Shown in pieces: positions 1 through 7,774 of a stretch of 24,700 bases of DNA. Numbering within the stretch: position 1 is the first letter of the stretch; every line of letters begins with the position of its first letter. A model generated the notes under the pieces. That model made no database searches and was not told the origin of the DNA. It was given only the letters and a program-made list of their open reading frames with translations. This stretch comes from a virus, in IMG/VR virus record IMGVR_UViG_3300048606_000054; one strand, given 5' to 3'. The position numbers were made by a program, and so were the translations under genes.

Positions 1-262
1 TCCAGCCGTCACGTTGCACGATGAGTACATTAGGTGTTTCAATGTACTCGAAAAAGCGTGTCAACATAAAAATGGAATAAGCAATAAGAGAGTTAAGCGG
101 CATTATTCGTACCCTGTGTTCGTAATCTGAAGGTATAGAGGTTAGAAACTTTACATCTGCAAAGTCAACCATGCTTTTGCAATGTTCAAGGACGCGGATG
201 GCTCTTTTAGAATCAATGCAATCAATGCAAATTAAACTTGTAGTTGGTAATTGTAGCCTCAT
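1..262 (-). CDS. Glycosyltransferase-like protein (DUF5672-like), runs off the left edge
   Basis: Not in the ORF track. Hand translation from ATG at 262: MRLQLPTTSLICIDCIDSKRAIRVLEHCKSMVDFADVKFLTS...YSIFMLTRFFEYIETPNVLIVQRDGW. The 'Y(I)ET..VLIVQxDGW' motif recalls DUF5672. The start overlaps the stop of 259..927 (ATGA). Confidence 0.7.
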   Translation of the reverse strand, partial: MRLQLPTTSLICIDCIDSKRAIRVLEHCKSMVDFADVKFLTSIPSDYEHRVRIMPLNSLIAYSIFMLTRFFEYIETPNVLIVQRDGW

Positions 263-927
263 AATCCGTAGTTATTCGCTTGAAGTTTTAAATACGTTTC
301 TCTATCTATCCTGTAATTTTCTTTAGCTTCCGTCTTTCTGTATTGCTCATCCCAGGGAACAACCCCCCAAATAGGATGCAGATGAGAAAAGATTCTTTTG
401 TCTATAAAAACATACTTTCCTATAGCCCTTGTCATTTCTGTAAAATGGTTGTCTGCGTAAACACTTATAAAGGATGGGTGATATAGATAACCGAGCCTTC
501 TAAAAAGATTTACGCCAAGTATGGAGACAATTATCGTTCTGTTCTTTGCGTTAAATTCTGGATAATGAATTGTGCCACTCAGGTCTGGAAAATATTTCAC
601 AAATGCTTCTCTTATTTCTTTATCGAATCCAGCTACATCCCAGACTATATCGTCAGATTGAATTATTATTATGTCACATTCTGGCAAGTCATCGAGATTT
701 CTATTTATCGCATCAATCTTGTTCTTGCTCCAACCCCATTTTACTGTTACTTCTGGATACTCCTTTAGTTTTTCTTTTACTTCCCCATTATTCATTGAAG
801 GATCATCTTCGTCGAGTTTTGACCACACGAAGTAATTGTCAGATTCAGAAAGTTTTCGAATATTATCTAAGGTAGAGAAGAACCTGTTTGGCCTAGTTCG
901 ACTTGGAAATACGTAACAGATTCTCAT
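259..927 (-). CDS. GT-A fold (GT2-like) glycosyltransferase
   Basis: N-terminal strand 'RICYVFPSRTRP', 'KIDAINR', DxD-like 'IIIIQSDD', 'YADN..TE' and a late His (HLHP) fit GT-A enzymes. Confidence 0.75.
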   Translation of the reverse strand: MRICYVFPSRTRPNRFFSTLDNIRKLSESDNYFVWSKLDEDDPSMNNGEVKEKLKEYPEVTVKWGWSKNKIDAINRNLDDLPECDIIIIQSDDIVWDVAGFDKEIREAFVKYFPDLSGTIHYPEFNAKNRTIIVSILGVNLFRRLGYLYHPSFISVYADNHFTEMTRAIGKYVFIDKRIFSHLHPIWGVVPWDEQYRKTEAKENYRIDRETYLKLQANNYGL

Positions 928-1271
928 TGGTTAATCTTATTTTCTGGTTGCGTATAGCCTATTGATTCTAATCTGTTTATCATTGCGCTAAACTGTTTCA
1001 ACTCATAAGTGGCCCTCCCTTCTGGAAAACTTGAAGTTATATGATCTTTTACTTCCTGTTTGAATTTCTCCCAATCCTTCCGCGCAAACGCCTGCACTTC
1101 CAATCTTAAGTGCATTCCTTTATTTGGAATTTCTTCAAAGCCTATGTTATCGCCTATAAGCAAACCCATATTTGCGGCTGATCTTTCTTTCTCCCACCTA
1201 ACTCTTCCTTCCAGATTTGTTTCCATGCCAATAACATCTGGAGCTATTTCAAATTCTGTTTTATAGATCAT
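924..1271 (-). CDS. Hypothetical protein
   Basis: 115-aa ORF overlapping both neighbours by 1-4 nt. Confidence 0.75.
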   Translation of the reverse strand: MIYKTEFEIAPDVIGMETNLEGRVRWEKERSAANMGLLIGDNIGFEEIPNKGMHLRLEVQAFARKDWEKFKQEVKDHITSSFPEGRATYELKQFSAMINRLESIGYTQPENKINQ

Positions 1272-2110
1272 TATGCGGCTTGGTTTACTGATTGATAAAG
1301 TCTTCCTTTGAAATCTTGAACGGCTCTAACTCCCAATTTGGTTATCGTATATTCTCTTTTCTGCCAGTCCGGGTGTTTTTGAATTAACTGCCGCTCTTTC
1401 ATTTTTCTCATGGCTCCGGCGATAGCCCTCTTCATTAACTTGCTTCTGAAATGATCGCAAATATCCTGGTATGATTTATATTTTCCAATATTCTTTTTAA
1501 GGTACAGCAACACTTTGAACTCCTCCTTTTCAACGTTGGCTGCCGCTTCCACCATATCAATTATGTCAAGGGTTCCGGCGATAAGATCATCAACCAGTTC
1601 ATCACTTTCATATAATTCGCTCACTTCTGTTGCGTTTTTATTGACAAGCGTTTTTGGCCATTTTTTTAGCTGGTAGCCAATTCTTCTTAATTGCATATGC
1701 ATTTTATATGAGGCGCTGTTTTTGGCAACCGACAGCAGGGTAAGGGCATGTGCAAAATCAAGGTCAGAAGAAATATAAAAGCCCTTCTTAACCATTTCTT
1801 CTACCATTGATTTAGGCTTTTCCCGTTTTATCTCCTTAAAGACCTCCCTGAAGTTGATTGGAGTAATGTCCTTCCCATCAATTAGTGTAAAAAAGCTATA
1901 GAACCCCAAGTAAGACAAAAATTCTCTTTTTTGTTCCAAAGAGCTTTCTATAGCAAACTTAGCCGCTCTGCTTGCAGTATTAAATTTCTTTAGAAAGACC
2001 AGCGGGATTTCCCGCTTTTGCTCTCTGCTCAATTCCATGATTAGTGTGTAAATCAACTCACTAAGCTCAATCTCTGGAATGCAGTCTAAGGTCTCTTTTA
2101 CTATGGGCAT
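1271..2110 (-). CDS. Protein with C-terminal winged HTH (MarR-like), possible regulator
   Basis: C-terminus 'EFKVLLYL...SYQDICDHF...AIAGAMRKMKERQLIQK...REYTITKLG' is a wHTH signature. It lies divergent from Cro-like genes. Confidence 0.65.
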   Translation of the reverse strand: MPIVKETLDCIPEIELSELIYTLIMELSREQKREIPLVFLKKFNTASRAAKFAIESSLEQKREFLSYLGFYSFFTLIDGKDITPINFREVFKEIKREKPKSMVEEMVKKGFYISSDLDFAHALTLLSVAKNSASYKMHMQLRRIGYQLKKWPKTLVNKNATEVSELYESDELVDDLIAGTLDIIDMVEAAANVEKEEFKVLLYLKKNIGKYKSYQDICDHFRSKLMKRAIAGAMRKMKERQLIQKHPDWQKREYTITKLGVRAVQDFKGRLYQSVNQAA

Positions 2111-2164
2111 TCGGGTTCAAAACTGGTTTTTAGCTTGCCAAAATGCAAGCTGTTTTAGGAAAAT

Positions 2165-2246
2165 AATAATACAAGTGTATTATTTTTAATCCAGAATACA
2201 AAATAATTCCTGTATTTCGTTTGATTCATGGATTATTTATAATACA
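2165..2246. promoter_or_regulatory. Palindromic operator cluster in the divergent intergenic region
   Basis: TGTATTA-TTTT-TAATCCA (2176-2193), TGGATTA-TTTA-TAATACA (2229-2246), and a perfect inverted repeat AATAATACA-AG-TGTATTATT (2165-2184). Confidence 0.6.
2172..2202 (-). promoter_or_regulatory. Leftward Bacteroidetes-type promoter (-33/-7)
   Basis: On the minus strand: TTTG (2202-2199), 19 nt, TACACTTG (2179-2172; one mismatch to TAnnTTTG). Confidence 0.5.
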
Positions 2247-2250
2247 TTTG
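2220..2250 (+). promoter_or_regulatory. Rightward Bacteroidetes sigma-A-type promoter, probably leaderless
   Basis: TTTG (2220-2223), 19 nt, TACATTTG (2243-2250); the ATG follows at 2254. Confidence 0.75.
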
Positions 2251-2253
2251 AAA

Positions 2254-2472
2254 ATGGATGTAAGATTGCAAATTAAGGAGAGGTTGAGGAAGGAGGGCAG
2301 AAATATTATCTGGCTGGCTCATAAATTTGATGTCACCCCTAACCATCTTAGAATGGTTTTGAGATGTGAGCGCCCTCTTTCCCAGGCCAATCTCAAAGCA
2401 GCCAAAGACCTATGGCCTGATAACGATTTCTCAGAAGACAAACCCTTATTCAAAGATGACAACAAAGACTGA
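2254..2472 (+). CDS. Cro-like HTH regulator
   Basis: MDVRLQIKERLRKEGRNIIWLAHKFDVTPNHLRMVLRCERPLS is an XRE/Cro-like HTH. Start moved from TTG 2221 to ATG 2254. Confidence 0.75.
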   Translation: MDVRLQIKERLRKEGRNIIWLAHKFDVTPNHLRMVLRCERPLSQANLKAAKDLWPDNDFSEDKPLFKDDNKD

Positions 2473-2689
2473 ATACAAACCATTAACCCTTGATTTAGCA
2501 AAGTTTGCTCTTGACTCATATACTTATAGAACAGAAAGAAATTATACAAGAGAGAACTTAGCAGATATTGTTGATTGTTCTCAGCATATGATCAATTCAT
2601 ACGAAGCAAAAGGTATACTTCCAAGAGTAGATGTCTTTTATAATGTATGTTTATTAATGGGGAAAGATGTTTCAGAATATTTTAAATGA
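2456..2689 (+). CDS. XRE-family HTH regulator
   Basis: 'YRTERNYTRENLADIVDCSQHMINSYEAKGILPRVDVFYNVCLLMG' matches HTH_3. ATG 2456 preferred. Confidence 0.8.
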   Translation: MTTKTEYKPLTLDLAKFALDSYTYRTERNYTRENLADIVDCSQHMINSYEAKGILPRVDVFYNVCLLMGKDVSEYFK

Positions 2690-2693
2690 TTTT

Positions 2694-2993
2694 ATGATAA
2701 TAGAAACAAAATTTAACAAGGGTGAAGCTGTTTGGGTGATGTATTACAATAAACCAAGACAGGTACGAATAGATGGAATAGCTTTCGCAATAGGATCGGT
2801 AAATCCATCTCTTTCTGAAATTCCGGAAATAGAAACAAAAAGTAAAGATGTATTGATGTTAAGCACTCCTAAGTTAGTATACACCATCTCTTTCCCTACA
2901 GCTATGTCAGACTACTCTGGAAACTATTTTCATGAACGTTACACTGAAGACAAGTTATTCTCAACTAGAGATGAGCTTATAAAATCATTATAA
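2694..2993 (+). CDS. Phage hypothetical protein (IETK family), paralog of 3595..3846
   Basis: MIIETKFNKGEAVWVM...KLFSTRDELIKSL. Confidence 0.75.
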   Translation: MIIETKFNKGEAVWVMYYNKPRQVRIDGIAFAIGSVNPSLSEIPEIETKSKDVLMLSTPKLVYTISFPTAMSDYSGNYFHERYTEDKLFSTRDELIKSL

Positions 2994-3250
2994 TGAATAG
3001 CAAAGAAAAGGCAAAAGAACTACTAAAAAGGTTTAGCCGGTTCTCCGATTCCACTATTCAGGGGAGGCGTGGAGGAGAATATTCAAGAACTACCGAAATG
3101 CAATCTGCGAGACAATGCGCCCTTATATGTGTAGAAGAAATCCTTTCTCTTAGAATGATTGATAATATGGGTAGGGGATTTGACTCTGAGATGGGTGAAG
3201 GAGAATTTTGGAGACAAGTAAAAAAAGAAATACAAACCTACAAGCCATGA
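2993..3250 (+). CDS. Phage hypothetical protein
   Basis: TAATG-coupled; KEKAKEL...ARQCALICVEEIL...FWRQVKKEI pattern. Confidence 0.75.
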   Translation: MNSKEKAKELLKRFSRFSDSTIQGRRGGEYSRTTEMQSARQCALICVEEILSLRMIDNMGRGFDSEMGEGEFWRQVKKEIQTYKP

Positions 3251-3591
3251 ACCCAATAAAGATACGCTACACCTGGAAGAGAAAGTCTGATGGAGGCTTG
3301 CGGCAGGAGATTATGACACTTGAGGCAATCGAACCATTTGGATATACTACAGGAATGGAACTTATTGCAAGGGACTTGTGGACTGGGAAAGTGGATATGT
3401 TTGGGAACGAAATATATGGCGGAGATGAATTATCAATCCCAAGAAAGGGGAAAGAGCCTTATGGAGGAACGGTTATCTGGGATGGGTTCGGTTGGATTAT
3501 TACTCCTAACCTATCGAAGATAGCCGATTCCCGATCTATGGTATTGGCAATTAAATCAACCGTAATTAGCAACATACACATTAAACCATAA
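3247..3591 (+). CDS. YopX-like phage protein
   Basis: 'KIRYTW' N-terminus and 'WTGKVDMFGNEIYGGDEL' match the YopX motif QxTGxxDxxGxEIYEGDI. ATGA-coupled start at 3247. Confidence 0.7.
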   Translation: MNPIKIRYTWKRKSDGGLRQEIMTLEAIEPFGYTTGMELIARDLWTGKVDMFGNEIYGGDELSIPRKGKEPYGGTVIWDGFGWIITPNLSKIADSRSMVLAIKSTVISNIHIKP

Positions 3592-3594
3592 ATA

Positions 3595-3846
3595 ATGACA
3601 ATAGAAACTAAATACAATTCAGGAGACGAGGTTTGGTTTATGTTTAAAGACAAGCCAGTGAAAGAGAAGGTTACAAACTTTGATATAAAATGCCACTATG
3701 CTGGAGGGTCTGGGTCTGATTGGGGAAGCTCTACCTTCCCAATAGTCATTACCTATGATTTCACCCCATCTGGACAGGACAAAATGACCACGGTCAATGA
3801 AGCCAAATGCTTCCCATCCAAGGAAGAACTCCTTAAATCATTATAA
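3595..3846 (+). CDS. Phage hypothetical protein (IETK family), paralog of 2694..2993
   Basis: MTIETKYNSGDEVWFM...KCFPSKEELLKSL. Confidence 0.75.
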   Translation: MTIETKYNSGDEVWFMFKDKPVKEKVTNFDIKCHYAGGSGSDWGSSTFPIVITYDFTPSGQDKMTTVNEAKCFPSKEELLKSL

Positions 3847-3849
3847 CAA

Positions 3850-4089
3850 ATGAATGTATTTGATCTACTAAAGGGAAAGAAAGTAAAGGTGATGACCGAT
3901 GCAAAGGTTGAAGTGGAGCTTGAAATAAAAGAAATTAAGCAACACAATCATTCTACGGAAATCGGAGAATCAAATGCAGCCAATGATTGGTGGCCCGAGA
4001 CGAGGGATTGGACTACTTTCTCCGTCACCTTTACTAATGGCTTTGTAAAAGAATATTCCTCACTTAATGATATAAATGTTTTGCCATGA
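3850..4089 (+). CDS. Hypothetical protein
   Basis: Tightly packed in the operon, A-rich start context. Confidence 0.75.
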   Translation: MNVFDLLKGKKVKVMTDAKVEVELEIKEIKQHNHSTEIGESNAANDWWPETRDWTTFSVTFTNGFVKEYSSLNDINVLP

Positions 4090-4910
4090 ATTTTTTACCA
4101 CCATATATTATATTTAAAAGAATTGAACAAAAAAGAAAAGAAATGGATACAAATACACCAGTAACAGATGAAATGGTTAAAGAATTTGCCAATCTCAGGG
4201 TCAAGCGAGCCTTAGCCTCCATATCTAAAACCCCTTGGCCAAATATGGAAGAGGTAACAAGCGCGGAGTGGGAAGCCTTCAAGAGCCAGCATTCTTCATC
4301 AGGAAGAGACTGGGAAATAATCAAAGTTATCAAGAATGGGGCTATTTCATTTTTTTCCTCTGGAAGAGGATACGCAATGGATGAGATCGACGGGTACAGC
4401 ATTTACCAAGTAAAGCGCGGGTCAGATGGGCAACTCTTTACTGTGGGAGATGAATTATGCAATCTGGGAGTATTCTCCGATGAAACACACAAAATAACCT
4501 CCATTCAACTTATAAACGGAACGATTGCCCTTAATTACGGGAATGGTGGTTCGATTGTAATACAAGCAGCAAAGAAAGCCCCCATCCCACCGCCAAAGCC
4601 AGTGTTGCTTACCACCGAAGAGGGGGTGGATAAGTTTAATGGCGATAGTACTTATTTCGTAAACACGGATAATTACAGGATGAGTATCCTTTACAACCTA
4701 GCCGGAAATGTCCTTGAGAACTTTCCAAGTTATTTATTCTTCCATTCCGAAGTAGCAGCTAGAGAATATGTCTTCATGCACAAGCCTTGTCTTAGCGTAA
4801 ATGACGTAACATCCGTTTTGACTCTTTTTGAAAATCTTTCCGCAAAGGTTATGTGGCCTAACTACGAAGAAAAATTTAAACAACTCGCCAAATCCAAAAT
4901 AACCCTATAA
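4086..4910 (+). CDS. Hypothetical protein
   Basis: 274-aa ORF, ATGA-coupled; an alternative start at 4143 is possible. Confidence 0.75.
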   Translation: MNFLPPYIIFKRIEQKRKEMDTNTPVTDEMVKEFANLRVKRALASISKTPWPNMEEVTSAEWEAFKSQHSSSGRDWEIIKVIKNGAISFFSSGRGYAMDEIDGYSIYQVKRGSDGQLFTVGDELCNLGVFSDETHKITSIQLINGTIALNYGNGGSIVIQAAKKAPIPPPKPVLLTTEEGVDKFNGDSTYFVNTDNYRMSILYNLAGNVLENFPSYLFFHSEVAAREYVFMHKPCLSVNDVTSVLTLFENLSAKVMWPNYEEKFKQLAKSKITL

Positions 4911-4923
4911 CCCCTATCTTACT

Positions 4924-5244
4924 ATGAGTGAAGAAATAACCAAATATCTTATGGAGGAGTGCGGGTTTAGAAAATATTACAAACCACGGGAAAAGGACAT
5001 TTTAGATCACAATCACTTCTCCTGTGTTATCCGAATCCATGAGATACATTACTTGTATTGGAGCGAAAGTTTAAAATATTTTACATTGGGAGTAATGCAT
5101 GAAAGAGCAAAAGGAAAAGCCGGAGGAGGGTTTGAATCATGGGCCTATATGATGATACCCAAGCCGATCCATACGATTGAAGAAGTCGCTAAATTAATTG
5201 AAGGAATTGTTGATTTTAAATACATGAAAGTAATTTGTCAATGA
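4924..5244 (+). CDS. Hypothetical protein
   Basis: Operon packing. Confidence 0.7.
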   Translation: MSEEITKYLMEECGFRKYYKPREKDILDHNHFSCVIRIHEIHYLYWSESLKYFTLGVMHERAKGKAGGGFESWAYMMIPKPIHTIEEVAKLIEGIVDFKYMKVICQ

Positions 5245-5765
5245 GTGAAGAATATCAAATGCCATATAGGGAAAGGCTTAATTTAATCCGCCAAGGTTTG
5301 GCTCCAAAGACCACTGGCCCTAAACCTAAGAAACCATTAAAGCAAGTAAGTGACAAGAAGAGGAAAGAGGATGCTGAAGCCAAAGAAGCCAGGGGAGGGG
5401 ATGACAGTGAAATGGATTTGTTTTTTAAATCACTGAGGAAGGGCATGAAAAATAAGTGTCTTTTCTGCGGAGGAGCGACAATGAAGAATGATGATGAAAA
5501 GTTCCATTTTAGTTTAGCGCACTTACTCCCGAAAGCTATTTTCAAAAGCGTAGCAACTAACCCAGACAATATCATTGAGTTGTGCTTCTGGAATAACTCT
5601 TGCCATACCCAATTCGATAACGGGAGGATTACTTGGGAGTTCATAAAAGACAGTAAAGAATGGGAGATAATAAAAGAAAAACTTCTCAATGTCCTCCCTT
5701 TGGTATCTATGGAGGAGCGTAGTCACAAATTATATTCAAAGTTGGAATCATTAATATACAAATAA
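5241..5765 (+). CDS. HNH-like Zn-binding endonuclease (NinG/Ref-like recombination nuclease)
   Basis: Basic N-terminus, then CLFCG...LAHLLPK...PDNIIELC...SCHTQFD. ATGA-coupled start at 5241. Confidence 0.65.
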   Translation: MSEEYQMPYRERLNLIRQGLAPKTTGPKPKKPLKQVSDKKRKEDAEAKEARGGDDSEMDLFFKSLRKGMKNKCLFCGGATMKNDDEKFHFSLAHLLPKAIFKSVATNPDNIIELCFWNNSCHTQFDNGRITWEFIKDSKEWEIIKEKLLNVLPLVSMEERSHKLYSKLESLIYK

Positions 5766-5771
5766 TAAAAA

Positions 5772-6473
5772 ATGAAAAGTTTAAAATTAACCACTGGCGC
5801 AGGAGATACATTTTCCGAAGTATCAAAAAAGGCAAAGGAAGTCGCTCAAAATACCGAATTAGTAGAATTTGAATTTAATGGGGTTACGTGCTTCGTAAAT
5901 AAGGACACAAATATTGAATGCCTTAACAGGGACTATATGAACTCTTGGACAATGAAGTGGAAGGAAGTTGGGCCAATTTGTGTTGAAAATTATGATCCTA
6001 AAACGCAAAAAGAACTGGACAAAAGAAAAGCTGATGCAGAAAGGAAGCGCGATAAGGCCGCCAAAAAACAGGCTGAAGAAGATGCTGCCGCCAAATCTGA
6101 AGTTGATGAAAAAACAAAGAATGTCAAACTTCTGATTTGGCCTGAAAAGCTGGAAGAGTACCAAAAATATGTGGAAACAAATAGCAGTGATGGATATAGC
6201 AGGGGTGTTGTAGACTATGCAGAACAATGGGCCAAACTAATGCAAATTGCGATAGCTGATGGCAAAACCAACATAAGAGATATTGCTGAAGAAACCCAGA
6301 AACCGCTTTCCTATCTTGGAATTACCGGATTCATGTATGGCTGCGTAATACAAGCCCTATCCCACTTCTGGCTTTTTGGAGAAGAGTTAAGAATTTGGCA
6401 TAACAAAGAATACGGTGTATCAGAAGACAAAGAAGGAGTTGTAAACCCCGCAATACTGACCATTAATACATAG
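5772..6473 (+). CDS. Phage hypothetical protein with central coiled coil
   Basis: 233-aa ORF with a 'GITGFMYGC...GEELRIWHN' C-terminal domain. Confidence 0.8.
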   Translation: MKSLKLTTGAGDTFSEVSKKAKEVAQNTELVEFEFNGVTCFVNKDTNIECLNRDYMNSWTMKWKEVGPICVENYDPKTQKELDKRKADAERKRDKAAKKQAEEDAAAKSEVDEKTKNVKLLIWPEKLEEYQKYVETNSSDGYSRGVVDYAEQWAKLMQIAIADGKTNIRDIAEETQKPLSYLGITGFMYGCVIQALSHFWLFGEELRIWHNKEYGVSEDKEGVVNPAILTINT

Positions 6474-6564
6474 TTTAATCGAGCATACGATTAGATTGGC
6501 GCTTTGATCTTTGAATTATTGTCGCCAGAAATATGCGATTTCATTTTTCAATTTGGTTTACAAC

Positions 6565-6593
6565 GGGGGTCGTTTCTACTTCCCCCTCTTTTT
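6565..6593 (+). terminator. Probable intrinsic terminator
   Basis: GGGGG-tc-gt(TTCT)ac-tt-CCCCC followed by TCTTTTT. Confidence 0.5.
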
Positions 6594-6606
6594 AAACTTT
6601 GTTAAA

Positions 6607-6780
6607 ATGTATCACGACAAATTCACATTAGCGGTATTAGAAGCGAAAGAGAAGAGATTAAACGCGGAGATCAATATTTTGAAGAAACGGATACAGGAAA
6701 AGGAGGGTCTTCGCGACAAAGTAAAATTTGAAAAGCTGGCCCAGGAATACAGACTTTATAAAATAATAAACGAATCATGA
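6607..6780 (+). CDS. Small coiled-coil protein
   Basis: ATG at 6607, downstream of the terminator: MYHDKFTLAVLEAKEKRLNAEI... Confidence 0.65.
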   Translation: MYHDKFTLAVLEAKEKRLNAEINILKKRIQEKEGLRDKVKFEKLAQEYRLYKIINES

Positions 6781-6974
6781 CCAAGGAAGAAGCCCAACAA
6801 GCCGCAATGATCGGAAAGAAGATAACGCATGAGTATTTTGCTCCTCACGAATACGTAACAGTTACAGGCAAGGTATTTTTTGATGAGAATAATTGGCAAC
6901 TGGACTGGGATGATTTCTGGAATATCAGAAACTGCGGAAGATGGGAAACAGGATGGGAAATTTATAAACCTTAA
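6777..6974 (+). CDS. Small protein, distantly DUF2829/Tad2-like
   Basis: MTKEEAQQAAMIGKKITH...GWEIY resembles the M.F.EAL.A...GKKV.R..W...DW.IV frame. Confidence 0.5.
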   Translation: MTKEEAQQAAMIGKKITHEYFAPHEYVTVTGKVFFDENNWQLDWDDFWNIRNCGRWETGWEIYKP

Positions 6975-6979
6975 ATAAA

Positions 6980-7204
6980 ATGGCACAAACAAGAAAAGAA
7001 CACCTTGACTGGTGTAAACAAAGAGCAATGGAATATTGCAATACAGGCGATTTAACTACCGCTGTGGCCTCCATTATATCCGACTTAGGAAACGATGAGT
7101 CAACCGAAGATCACCCTGCCATAGCGTTAATAATGAGCTTATCAATGGGCGGCCACCTGTCCACCCAGGCACAAATGAAAGATTTTATTGAAGGAATAAA
7201 TTAA
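6980..7204 (+). CDS. Phage hypothetical protein
   Basis: TRKEHLDWCKQRAMEY...ASIISDL...T pattern; operon packing. Confidence 0.75.
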   Translation: MAQTRKEHLDWCKQRAMEYCNTGDLTTAVASIISDLGNDESTEDHPAIALIMSLSMGGHLSTQAQMKDFIEGIN

Positions 7205-7210
7205 TTCGAT

Positions 7211-7342
7211 ATGGCAAAGAAAATAACCATTCCTGAATTATTAACCATAATTACCATTGTAGACCTTATCTGGGGTTCTGGGGGATTAGCTCTTTGCCTT
7301 TGGGTGGGGTATGGGATTTATAAACTATTTACAAACGATTAA
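7211..7342 (+). CDS. 43-aa membrane peptide
   Basis: Not in the track: MAKKITIPELLTIITIVDLIWGSGGLALCLWVGYGIYKLFTND. It fills the gap between its neighbours. Confidence 0.65.
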   Translation: MAKKITIPELLTIITIVDLIWGSGGLALCLWVGYGIYKLFTND

Positions 7343-7346
7343 GAAT

Positions 7347-7646
7347 ATGGCTAAGACAAAAAAGAAAATAACCTGTACTGCCGAGATAGAACTCTCTTAT
7401 AATGAAAACTCAAAGGCTTTTAAAGAGGGGTTTGAATCATACAAAAAACATATTTACGATGGGGCTGTAGAAGATTTCTTAACGCACATCTGCCACAATA
7501 TGCTCCATTTTGGAAGTGACGTATGGGTAGATGGAGTGGGCCACGTAAAACACAAAAAGCAAAAACTATCTGAGGTTCGAACTCCCTATGCGGGTGTTGA
7601 ATTGCTCAGTGACCCTTTCTGGGATTTTGATTACGAAGTTGAATAA
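7347..7646 (+). CDS. Hypothetical protein
   Basis: ATG 7347 preferred because it lies just after the 7342 stop. Confidence 0.75.
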   Translation: MAKTKKKITCTAEIELSYNENSKAFKEGFESYKKHIYDGAVEDFLTHICHNMLHFGSDVWVDGVGHVKHKKQKLSEVRTPYAGVELLSDPFWDFDYEVE

Positions 7647-7676
7647 AAAAAAAGCCTGGCGATAACTAACCAGGCT
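7645..7676 (-). terminator. Minus-strand intrinsic terminator
   Basis: Minus strand reads AGCCTGG-ttagttatcg-CCAGGCT then a run of about 8 T. Confidence 0.75.
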
Positions 7677-7770
7677 GCGTGAACGTTCTCGTAGCTAATT
7701 TGCGCATCATTTTTTTAGGCTTCCGCCTTGTGATCTATCAGTATATCGGGGTGTTGTTATAGTGAGTGAA
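7645..7770 (-). ncRNA. Candidate ~125-nt small RNA (may encode the 14-aa peptide MMRKLATRTFTQPG)
   Basis: Bounded by a consensus promoter (7775-7805) and a terminator (7645-7676). Confidence 0.55.
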
Positions 7771-7774
7771 TGAT

